Assembly (NCBI GenBank): GCA_965223705.1
Contig: OZ245015.1
Coordinates: forward strand, 960,001-1,024,000
Direction of reading: 5' to 3'
From: Myxococcota bacterium
GTDB taxonomy: Bacteria > Myxococcota_A > UBA9160 > UBA6930
DNA length: 64,000 bases
Both the position numbers and the translations under genes were made by a program. Below the pieces are notes generated by a model. That model was not told the DNA's origin. It did not search any database and worked only from the letters and a program-made list of their open reading frames with translations. Positions 37,249 through 45,752 of the stretch are shown in pieces. Each line of letters begins with the position of its first letter. The stretch's first letter is position 1.

Positions 37249-38206
37249 GTCGCCGACCGAACGCACCATCTGGATCGATGGAGAGTTCGTGCCGTGGAGC
37301 CAAGCGACGGTTCACGTGCTTTCGCACAGCCACCAGCGCGGCTCTCTCGTCTTCGACTACATGAGTGTGTACGAGACGCCAGAGGGACCGGCGGTCTTCC
37401 GCTTGAACGACCACGTCGAGCGCTTCTACGCGTCTATCGCGTTGGTCCGCTTGCCGTTCACGTGGGAGCGCCACGAAGTGCGCGCCGCGATTCGGGATGC
37501 CGTGCGCGCGAATCCAGGTGCGAAGGCGGTGAAGGTCTCGGCCTACCTCGCGTCGGTGGAAGTCGATGTGGTGCCGATCGACACGCACGTCACGCTGGCC
37601 GTCGCGGCCTACGACCCGCTCGAAGACGTGATACGACCGGCGGGCGGCGATCGACCCGCTGTGCGCAAGCCCCTCAAGATCTGGCTCGAGAAGGAGCTTC
37701 GCAATCGCCGCAAGGACATCCTGTCTCCCCAGGCGAAGGTCGCGGCGAACTACGCGTCGCCGATGGCGGCGAAGTGGGCGGCGCGGGAGCTCGGGTTCGA
37801 CGAAATCCTGCTCATCGACAGCGACGGCTATCTGGCCGAAGGGCCCACGACGAACGTCTTCCTCGTGGATCCCGAGGGCGTCGTCTGCACCCCGCCCGAG
37901 GAAGGCGTGCTCCTCGGGGTGACCCGGAAAGCGATCATCGAGCTCGCCCGGGCCGAGGGCTTCACCGTAGTCGAGCGCGCGCTTCAACCCGATGAGCTCT
38001 TCGACGCCGCCGAGGCGTTTCTCACCGGGACGAGTGCTGGCGTCTGGCCCATCGGGTCGGTTGACGAACGGGCGATTGGCACCGAGGTTCCCGGGCCGGT
38101 GTCGCGCGCGCTGGCGGAGCGGTTTGCAAAGATCTCCGCCGGTGCCGATCTCGAGTTTCAGCACTGGCTTACGCCGGTCTCGCCCGCTGGCGCCCGCGAC
38201 TTCTGA
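37238..38206 (+). CDS. aminotransferase class IV (IlvE-like)
   Basis: IWIDGEFVPW, AK..ANY, EGPTTNVF, LLGVTR, FLTGTS. Confidence 0.88.
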   Translation: MSNPSPTERTIWIDGEFVPWSQATVHVLSHSHQRGSLVFDYMSVYETPEGPAVFRLNDHVERFYASIALVRLPFTWERHEVRAAIRDAVRANPGAKAVKVSAYLASVEVDVVPIDTHVTLAVAAYDPLEDVIRPAGGDRPAVRKPLKIWLEKELRNRRKDILSPQAKVAANYASPMAAKWAARELGFDEILLIDSDGYLAEGPTTNVFLVDPEGVVCTPPEEGVLLGVTRKAIIELARAEGFTVVERALQPDELFDAAEAFLTGTSAGVWPIGSVDERAIGTEVPGPVSRALAERFAKISAGADLEFQHWLTPVSPAGARDF

Positions 38207-38215
38207 GGAGCCTCC

Positions 38216-39187
38216 ATGCGCATTCTCTCTGGGATCACCCCTTCGGGCGAACCCCACATCGGCAACTACTTCGGCGCGATCCGCCAATACGTTGAGCTGC
38301 AGGCGAAGGGTCAGGCGATCTACTTCATCGCCGACTACCACTCGATGAACAGCGTGCGCGACGCGAAGGAACGCCGGCGCCTGGTGCACGAGGTCGCGCT
38401 CGATTTTCTGGCGTGTGGCCTCGATCCCGAGAACGCCATTCTCTACCGGCAATCCGATCTTCCGGAGCTCTGCGAGCTGTGCTGGCTGCTCACGACGATC
38501 ACGCCGATGGGGCTTCTCGAACGCGGCCACGCTTACAAAGACAAAGTGGCACAGGGCCAGTCCGCGGATCACGGCCTGTTTGCGTACCCCGTACTGATGG
38601 CGGCGGATATTCTCATCTACCGCTCCGATCTCGTCCCGGTCGGGCAAGACCAGAAGCAGCACATCGAAATGACGCGCGATCTCGCGCAGCGCTTCAACAA
38701 CACGTACGGGGAAGAAGTGTTCGCGCTTCCCGAGCCCTATATCCTCGACGACGTCGCCGTCGTACCCGGGACCGACGGGCGCAAGATGAGCAAGAGCTAC
38801 GACAACACCCTGCGCCCATTTTGGTCGAAGGGGAAGCTCAAGAAAGCGGTGATGGGGATCGTCACGGATTCGACCCCGGTCGAAGAGCCGAAAGACACGT
38901 CATCCGCCGTGTTCCAGTTGTGGTCGTTGTTCGCCACCGAGGACGAGCGCGAATCGATGTTCGCCCGCGCGAAGGCTGGCGGCTTGGGCTACGGCGACGT
39001 CAAGAAGGACCTTCTCGCGCGCATTCTCGAGACGTTCGGGCCCATGCGCGAGCGGCGTGAAGAGCTCGCGAAAGACACCGATCTTGTCGAGGGCGTGCTG
39101 GCGGACGGTGCCGCGCGGGCGCGCGCGTTGGCCGCTCCGGTGATCGCTGCCGCGCGGGCGGCCGCCGGGGTCGGGTCGGCCGCTTAA
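38216..39187 (+). CDS. trpS: tryptophan--tRNA ligase
   Basis: SGITPSG, HIGN, YPVLMAADIL, KMSKS. Confidence 0.96.
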   Translation: MRILSGITPSGEPHIGNYFGAIRQYVELQAKGQAIYFIADYHSMNSVRDAKERRRLVHEVALDFLACGLDPENAILYRQSDLPELCELCWLLTTITPMGLLERGHAYKDKVAQGQSADHGLFAYPVLMAADILIYRSDLVPVGQDQKQHIEMTRDLAQRFNNTYGEEVFALPEPYILDDVAVVPGTDGRKMSKSYDNTLRPFWSKGKLKKAVMGIVTDSTPVEEPKDTSSAVFQLWSLFATEDERESMFARAKAGGLGYGDVKKDLLARILETFGPMRERREELAKDTDLVEGVLADGAARARALAAPVIAAARAAAGVGSAA

Positions 39188-39369
39188 GCGGCTTGCGACC
39201 GCGCCTCGTTCCCGGGAATCGGAAGCGTCGTGAGCTTCGCCGGTCCGTCGGAAGCGGGGTCGAATCGCGCGCACGGCTGGGCCGCCGCGCGGAGCAGGCC
39301 GGCCACGGCGACGACGGTTAGGGCAACGAAAACGGTCGAAAGAGGGGTCAAAGCCAGAGCCTCATCCAT
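39184..39369 (-). CDS. possible small membrane protein
   Basis: 61-aa ORF with one hydrophobic helix; no recognisable family. Confidence 0.3.
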   Translation of the reverse strand: MDEALALTPLSTVFVALTVVAVAGLLRAAAQPCARFDPASDGPAKLTTLPIPGNEARSQAA

Positions 39370-39508
39370 CTGCGTGGGGCGTTGCGGGTAGCGAGTGCGT
39401 CTCGTCCGCGCGGGGGCCCCAGTGGGTCGTGCAAGGTTCCTTCGGCAGACGCGACCGCGAGCGATAGCGACAAACTCCCGACATCCGGAAATTTCTGCGG
39501 AAGCGGCT

Positions 39509-41971
39509 CTAGTCGACGATTGCCAAGAGTTCCTGCGCAATTTCCGTCGCACTTTGCGGGCGTCTTGCCGGATCTTTTTCGAGCGTGCGCAGCAACAACG
39601 CAGCCAGCCGCGGATCGAAGTCTGCCGCGATCGACCGCGGATCCGGGGCCTGCGTGTTTCGGTGGTGCCACATGATGTCGCCTTCTTTGAAGGGGACGAT
39701 CCCGGTGCCGAGTTCAAACAACGTGACGCCTAGGGAATACAAGTCCGCGCGGTGGTCGACGCCTTTGCCGGTGACCTGCTCGGGGGACATGTAGTAGGGC
39801 GTCCCGCCGACCAAGGTCTTCGCGCGGCGCACTTCTTCGAGCATCTTGGCGAGACCGAAGTCCATGATCTTGAGGACTTTGTCGCGCGTGAAGAGCAGGT
39901 TCGCCGTCTTGACATCGCGGTGAATGATGCGCCGATCGTGCGCGTATTGCAGGCCGGCCGCCGCTTGAACGCCGAGACGCGCTACATCCGCTGTCGACAA
40001 GCGTCCTCGCTTACGGAGGATCTGACTCAGCGTGAGCCCTTCGAGAAACTCCATCGTGAGAAAGAACACACCGTTCTCTTCGTCGACGTCGTGGAGCGTA
40101 ACGATGTTCGGGTGGTTCAGCGCCGCTGCGCTCCGCGCCTCGCGCAAGAAGAGTTGTACGGCCTTGGGGTTCTCTTTCAGGTTGTCCGGGAGCTGCTTGA
40201 GCGCCACCACCCGACCGAGGCGGGTATCCAAGGCGCGGTACACGACGCCCATACCGCCGCGCCCGATTTCGGCCTGGAGCTCGTAGCGATGCCCCTGACC
40301 GACGCCTTGACCTTTCGAGAACGAACCGCCCAGGGCGCGCGTAATCGATTGCCGTTTGCGCAGCGCGTCGATGCGTTCCGTGAGGCCTTCGCGCTCGGGA
40401 TCGTCCGCGGCGACGCGCTCCCAAGCGAGGAGGGCGCGATCGGTCTGGCCGGAGCGCTCCAAGATCTCTCCGAACCACGCGAAGGTGTCGGCGGACGCCT
40501 TTGCGTTCGGTTCGAGCGACACGATTTCCTCCGCGCGCTGGAGGCCCAGCTCGATCTTGTCCTCTTCGATGTAGAGATCGGCCAGCATGCGGCACGCACG
40601 ATCGTACGAGGGGTGGCGCGCATTCACCTGCTGCAGATTGCGGATGGCGCGGCTCTTGTCGTTGCGGGTGATGCAAAGCTCTCCCGCTTCAAAACAGTCC
40701 CCGCGCTTCTCGAGCACGTCGATGAGCTTCGGAATGGCCTCGCAGTCGCGGTAGCAGATCTCGGCACTCTCGAGGTCGCCCGCTTCTTCATAGGCACGCC
40801 CGGCGCGCAGCAGGTCGCCGGCGGCGTTGTAGAGCTCGGCCGCCTGCGCGGAATCGCCGGCCTGCTCGTAGAGCGCCGCCGCGCGCTCGAAAGCGCCGAC
40901 ATCGGCGTAACACTGAGCCGCCTCGAAAAGCCTCCCGGCTGCGACAAACTGCGTCGCCGCGGTTTCGTGATCTCCCTTGGCGAGCAGACTTCGCGCGGAG
41001 AGAACGCGGCCTCGCTTGAGGTCGCCCGCGCGTTCGAGTGCCGTGCCCGCGGCTTCGAAATCGCCTTGCAGGTACGGCTCGACGGCTTCCGGACAGCCAT
41101 CGAACACCAGCTCGAGATCGTTTTCTACGTCGAGCGTGATTTGACGCGCCTCGAGGGATTCGATTTCGAGGGTGTGTTCGAGCACGACGCCATCACCACC
41201 GACGATCAACGTGTGCGCGCCTTTCTCGAGCTCCAAGCGGAAAACACCGGCACGCGCGTAGCGGAGCGCGTCGCTACTTCCAGTGACGGCGAGGCGCACG
41301 TCGGAGAGCGGAATAGCGCCGCGCATCACCCGCAACTCGATCATGCACTCCGTCGGCGCTAGATCGAACGCCAAGCGCGCGACGCGACCCCGTTCGACAC
41401 TCGCCTGCTGCTCGAGGGCAACGTGCCGGCACTCGCCCGTCCTCGTGTCTTCGAGCTGCCCCTCGACGAGCACGAAGTAGTGCCGCGAAGGAATGGCGTG
41501 AAACTGCGTTTCTCGCGACACACTGTTGTGTTCGAACCGACTCGACGCGCGGTCGATCGCCGCCGTTTCTTCCGCTGCCGTGCGGCGCGTCAGCCGCTGG
41601 CGCGAGACGCGGACGCTGAAGGTGCCGCGGAACTCGTTGGGGTATTCGAGCGAGATCGCGATGTCGCCTTTCGAGCGAAGCGATTTCGCGACGAGCGACA
41701 GGACGAGGGCCGCCGTCAGGACGAGGGCTGCGACCACCGCGCCGATCGAATCCGCGTTCGCGGAAGCGTCGGCGGTCGTCCGGGCGAGAGCGGGCGCCGC
41801 GGCTGCTCCACAGATCGCGGTCGAGAGCCCTAAGCCTTTGGGAACCCAGGGTCTTTCCCGGGAAAAGGACTCCCTCGTTATGTGTTTGGCGCGCAGCAAA
41901 CCGTCTTCTCGAATCGGCCGTTCGGAGCGCTCGATTGAGGGCGACCACGAGTCGCGGTGCTCTCGCACCAA
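39509..41971 (-). CDS. Ser/Thr protein kinase with a TM segment and TPR-like repeats
   Basis: GRGGMG, VALK, HRDVK, DFG, GTPYYMSPE; start uncertain. Confidence 0.9.
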   Translation of the reverse strand: MVREHRDSWSPSIERSERPIREDGLLRAKHITRESFSRERPWVPKGLGLSTAICGAAAAPALARTTADASANADSIGAVVAALVLTAALVLSLVAKSLRSKGDIAISLEYPNEFRGTFSVRVSRQRLTRRTAAEETAAIDRASSRFEHNSVSRETQFHAIPSRHYFVLVEGQLEDTRTGECRHVALEQQASVERGRVARLAFDLAPTECMIELRVMRGAIPLSDVRLAVTGSSDALRYARAGVFRLELEKGAHTLIVGGDGVVLEHTLEIESLEARQITLDVENDLELVFDGCPEAVEPYLQGDFEAAGTALERAGDLKRGRVLSARSLLAKGDHETAATQFVAAGRLFEAAQCYADVGAFERAAALYEQAGDSAQAAELYNAAGDLLRAGRAYEEAGDLESAEICYRDCEAIPKLIDVLEKRGDCFEAGELCITRNDKSRAIRNLQQVNARHPSYDRACRMLADLYIEEDKIELGLQRAEEIVSLEPNAKASADTFAWFGEILERSGQTDRALLAWERVAADDPEREGLTERIDALRKRQSITRALGGSFSKGQGVGQGHRYELQAEIGRGGMGVVYRALDTRLGRVVALKQLPDNLKENPKAVQLFLREARSAAALNHPNIVTLHDVDEENGVFFLTMEFLEGLTLSQILRKRGRLSTADVARLGVQAAAGLQYAHDRRIIHRDVKTANLLFTRDKVLKIMDFGLAKMLEEVRRAKTLVGGTPYYMSPEQVTGKGVDHRADLYSLGVTLFELGTGIVPFKEGDIMWHHRNTQAPDPRSIAADFDPRLAALLLRTLEKDPARRPQSATEIAQELLAIVD

Positions 41972-43294
41972 GCGGGCTCCGGCGCGCTAGTCTCGGGTGC
42001 TCGCTGCTCGAAGGAGCACCTCGTCGAAAGCCGTCACCACGCGTTACCGCCCTTGGCGGGGCTATTTCCCAGCACCTATTACGGTTGGGTCATCGCCGGC
42101 GCTACGGGCGTCATCATGTTCGCCACGGTCGGCGTCGGCTTCTACGCGATGGCGGTCCTCATCGACGGCCTACCCGAGGCCAAAGGCTTTACGCGCGCCC
42201 AAGTGGCCGGCCCCACGAGCTTCTACTTCGTTCTGCAGGGGCTTCTCGGACCCTTGGTGGGTCGCGTCGTCGATCGTCACGGTTCCCGCGGCGTCATCAT
42301 TTGCGGGACCGTGCTCCTCTCGGCGGGCCTGCTGCTCCTTGGCGGCGTGGACGAGGCCTGGCAGCTCTGGCCGACCTACTGCGCGATGTCGCTCGGTTTC
42401 TCGCTGTGCGCCGCGATTCCGACGAACGCTCTCTTGGCGCGTTGGTTCATCGGATTGCGCGCCCGTGCGCTGGCATTTGCGCACTCCGGCGTCTCCCTGG
42501 GCGGGATCTTGGTGACGCCCATCGCGACGTGGGTGCTCCACCAGCACGGCGTGGGAGCGGCGACTTCACTTCTCTCGGGCATTGCCCTGGGCGTGGCGGT
42601 TCCCGCCGCTTGGTTTGCGCTGTCGCAGGACCCGCGTGATCACGGGCTCGAGCCCGACGGCGGCGCCACCCGCCCACGCGAAAGCGAGCTCCTGTCCGAG
42701 TCCTACCAACGCGCCGCGTGGAGCACACGCGAAGCACTAGGCACCCACGCGTTCTGGATCGTCGCACTCGCTTTCTCCCTGGTCCTCTTCGGCCAGCAAG
42801 GCCTGTTGATCCACGAAGTCGCTCTCGTTCACGAACGCACCGGAAGCTCCCAGGCCGGTGCGTTTGCGGTTTCGCTGACGGCGCTGGGAAGCGTCACCGG
42901 TCGACTCATCGTCGGGATGTTCGCGGATCGCTTCCCGAAGCAGCGCGTCGCGTTCGGCGTGATGATGTTTCAGGCGCTCGCCCTCTGGATCTTCGCGCAA
43001 GCGACGGGTTTGCCGGGGCTCTACGCGTCCGCCCTGATGTTCGGCATCACCATCGGCAACGTCTTCATGCTGCAGTCGCTGATCGTCGGCGAGTTCTACG
43101 GCATGACCTCATTCGGCGCCGTCTTCGGCGCGCTGATCTTCGTGACGCAAATCGCCGGCGGCCTCGGCCCCTGGGGCTTGGCCCAAATGAACGAACTCCT
43201 GGGCGGCTACGGCGAAACCCTGCAGACCCTCGCGCTAGTCGCCGCTGCGGGCGCCTGCGTGATCGCCTTTGCGACCCCCCCGTCTCGCGAGTAG
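41957..43294 (+). CDS. MFS transporter
   Basis: YYGW, GRVVDRHGSR, GMFADRF, about 12 TM; start probably downstream. Confidence 0.88.
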   Translation: MLSHQAGSGALVSGARCSKEHLVESRHHALPPLAGLFPSTYYGWVIAGATGVIMFATVGVGFYAMAVLIDGLPEAKGFTRAQVAGPTSFYFVLQGLLGPLVGRVVDRHGSRGVIICGTVLLSAGLLLLGGVDEAWQLWPTYCAMSLGFSLCAAIPTNALLARWFIGLRARALAFAHSGVSLGGILVTPIATWVLHQHGVGAATSLLSGIALGVAVPAAWFALSQDPRDHGLEPDGGATRPRESELLSESYQRAAWSTREALGTHAFWIVALAFSLVLFGQQGLLIHEVALVHERTGSSQAGAFAVSLTALGSVTGRLIVGMFADRFPKQRVAFGVMMFQALALWIFAQATGLPGLYASALMFGITIGNVFMLQSLIVGEFYGMTSFGAVFGALIFVTQIAGGLGPWGLAQMNELLGGYGETLQTLALVAAAGACVIAFATPPSRE

Positions 43295-43319
43295 AGCGCG
43301 CGTCAGCTGAGCGTTGCGA

Positions 43320-43438
43320 GGCCGTGGGGGTGGGGGGTACCGCGCGCAGTTCCGCAGCGCCGCAACCAAGCGCGAATGATCTCGTCACGCCCCGCGGCGC
43401 GAGGATGTTTGAGCACGGTACCCCCCACCGCCACGGCC
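43320..43438. repeat. 119-bp element with 26-bp terminal inverted repeats (MITE/REP-like)
   Basis: GGCCGTGGGGGTGGGGGGTACCGCGC ... GCACGGTACCCCCCACCGCCACGGCC (24/26 match). Confidence 0.7.
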
Positions 43439-43448
43439 CGACCCCGGT

Positions 43449-44255
43449 CTACGTCATGACGGCGAGCTGCCGACACTCCGCGAGGAGCACCCCGTCCTCG
43501 CTCCAAACCTCCCCGTCCTCGACGAGGCAACCGTCGCGCACCGTCTGCGTGACGAGTCGGATGAGGACGAACGCGTCGGCGCCGAAGGGAAGGCTGCGCG
43601 GATCACATCGGAAGTGGATCGTCAGGTCGACCGTCGAAACGCCGGCGACGGGCCCGTCCCGGTGGGCCCAGGCCAGGAGAGCGGGGGGCCACACATCGCA
43701 GTACGCGGCGAGAAGCGGAGCGTCGATGACGCCCGGCGGGTCGACGAGCCGAATCCAACCGCCGGCCTCCGCGTGCGGCAAGCCTTCCCACGGTTCGCCG
43801 CCAAAGACGGGTCGGCGCTCGAAGTGCGCGCGCAGTGGCGGATGCTCGGGGCGTACCGAAATGGTACGCACGTCGCTTGAAGGCGGCGCCTGAGGCGCTT
43901 CGCGGTGCGCGAGCTCGAGCCCGCCTCGCGGCGTCCCGCACGCGAGAACCCCCAGCACACACAGTTTCTCGCCCTGCATCATTCGCATCGTCGCGGTCGA
44001 GAAACGCCGGCCGGTTCGTTCGATCGCGACGTGAATCGCCACTTTGGCCGCCGTCGGCGGACGCAAGTAGTGCAGTGTGAGAGAACGCGGCGTCCGCTCG
44101 TCGTCACCGAGCTCTGCGAGAGCGGCGCGCAAGGTAATCGCCGCGAGGAAGCCGCCATTCGGTCCCGCATCGATCCACCAGGAGCGATGGATGAACGCTT
44201 CGTAGACACCATCGCCGATCGGAGTGACGGCCGTGTCGCGTTCGAAGCGGGTCAT
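43449..44255 (-). CDS. acyl-CoA thioesterase (TesB-like double hotdog)
   Basis: GPNGG, HYLRP, D..PP, TVDLTIHF, RQLA. Confidence 0.85.
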   Translation of the reverse strand: MTRFERDTAVTPIGDGVYEAFIHRSWWIDAGPNGGFLAAITLRAALAELGDDERTPRSLTLHYLRPPTAAKVAIHVAIERTGRRFSTATMRMMQGEKLCVLGVLACGTPRGGLELAHREAPQAPPSSDVRTISVRPEHPPLRAHFERRPVFGGEPWEGLPHAEAGGWIRLVDPPGVIDAPLLAAYCDVWPPALLAWAHRDGPVAGVSTVDLTIHFRCDPRSLPFGADAFVLIRLVTQTVRDGCLVEDGEVWSEDGVLLAECRQLAVMT

Positions 44256-44995
44256 CGAGGGTTCCTTCTTTGATCGATCTGCCTCATTCGCTCTCCTACC
44301 ACCATGGCCATGGCGGCTTGCAAGTTGTAGGACGGAATGAATCCGTGCATCGGGAGACGCAACACGCGGTCTGCCCGGGCGAGGTGATCTTCCGGGACGC
44401 CGTGCTTTTCGCCGCCGACGATCAGTAGCACGGGCCCCGAGAGATCGATCTCCCAGGGCGCGACGTCTCCGGAATCTTCTACGGCAAAGATCTGCCGGCC
44501 GGCGCGGCGCGCAGCATCGATGACGCCGAGGCCATCGTCCCAGAAGACGGGCATGAAGCGGTCGGCGCGCATCGAGGCGCGCAACGCTTCGCGTTTTCCT
44601 TCGTGGGCCATCCGGTTGTCTACGAAACAGGCGTCGGCGCCCGAGACTTCCGCACAGCGGATCCCGAAACCCGCGTTTCCAGGGTAGGCGACGTTCACGA
44701 GGAGCCACGCGGCACCGCCGCGGGCGAGGGCCGCTTCGCGGTCGACATCGGCGTCGGCACCCACCAGGCCCAGCACTTCGGCCGGCGGATCGGATTTCGA
44801 CAGGCGCCACAGGGAGGCTTCACTCGTCTCGCGAACCGCGATCGATTCCGCGCGGGCCCGCGCGAGGAGGGCCGGCACGCGTGGGTCGCGGGGCTCGCGG
44901 TGGGTCAACAACAAGCGGATCGGCTCACCGCGATCGAGCGCGGCCGAGATCGCCTCGGGGCCCGCCAGTTGGCGGCGCGCGGGAGCGTCACCCAT
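44252..44995 (-). CDS. TrmH/SpoU family RNA methyltransferase
   Basis: PGNAG..IR, GGEKHGV, LPMHG..PSYNL. Confidence 0.85.
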   Translation of the reverse strand: MGDAPARRQLAGPEAISAALDRGEPIRLLLTHREPRDPRVPALLARARAESIAVRETSEASLWRLSKSDPPAEVLGLVGADADVDREAALARGGAAWLLVNVAYPGNAGFGIRCAEVSGADACFVDNRMAHEGKREALRASMRADRFMPVFWDDGLGVIDAARRAGRQIFAVEDSGDVAPWEIDLSGPVLLIVGGEKHGVPEDHLARADRVLRLPMHGFIPSYNLQAAMAMVVGERMRQIDQRRNPR

Positions 44996-45752
44996 CGCGA
45001 CGAAAGACCAAGTATTCGTTCAAGTCGCCCGACGCACCGTCGGCGGAGAAGCGCAGGGCGAGCGGCCAAGGCAGGGCGCCGATCCAGTGCTCGCGCTCCG
45101 CTTTCGAAACTTGATGGCAGTAGCGCACCTGATCCTCTCCCCAGCGCAACAAGTGATCCCCATCCTCCACGCCGTGCTCGTCGATCGCGGGAAACCCGTA
45201 ACGCGGAAGCTCGTGCCACGGTACTCGCCGGTCGCGGAAGCGCGCTCGCTCGCCGAAATCCCACACCGAAACCGCGAGTTGTCCGCCCGGCGCGAGAAGC
45301 TCGCCGGATCGCTCGAGCAAAGCGAGGCGCCGGTCGCGGCCCGGGAGGTGATGCAACAAACCGAAGACGACGACGAGATCGAAGCGCTCGCCGTGCAGAG
45401 CCGCGAGACCGTCGGACGCGAGATCGAGGCAGACGACGCTCGCTTCGGCGCCGACCTGGCGCGCCGCGTCCCGAGCTTCGCGGAGAAGTGGGGCGCTCGC
45501 GTCGACACCGACGTAGGTCAGCGGCCGCAAGCCGGCGTCGGCTGCGGCGCGCACCCATCGGCCGTTGCCGCAGCCCAAGTCGAGGACCCGCAAGCCCCTG
45601 CGCGGGAGGGTCGCTAGGATGCGTTCCCAGCCGGGCCATCCGCGGCGACGCGTGCGGCTAAACGACGCCGCTTGGTCGCGGTAGAACGCGCGATTGATGG
45701 CGACGAGCGCCCGGGCGGTGGGCGAATCGGACGAGTCGGACAGATCGGACAT
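44988..45752 (-). CDS. class I SAM methyltransferase, Trm9/ALKBH8-like
   Basis: FY...A.SFSRTR..GWP, DLGCGNGR, LHHL...RR...L.PGG...SVW, RYCH. Confidence 0.75.
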   Translation of the reverse strand: MSDLSDSSDSPTARALVAINRAFYRDQAASFSRTRRRGWPGWERILATLPRRGLRVLDLGCGNGRWVRAAADAGLRPLTYVGVDASAPLLREARDAARQVGAEASVVCLDLASDGLAALHGERFDLVVVFGLLHHLPGRDRRLALLERSGELLAPGGQLAVSVWDFGERARFRDRRVPWHELPRYGFPAIDEHGVEDGDHLLRWGEDQVRYCHQVSKAEREHWIGALPWPLALRFSADGASGDLNEYLVFRRDG

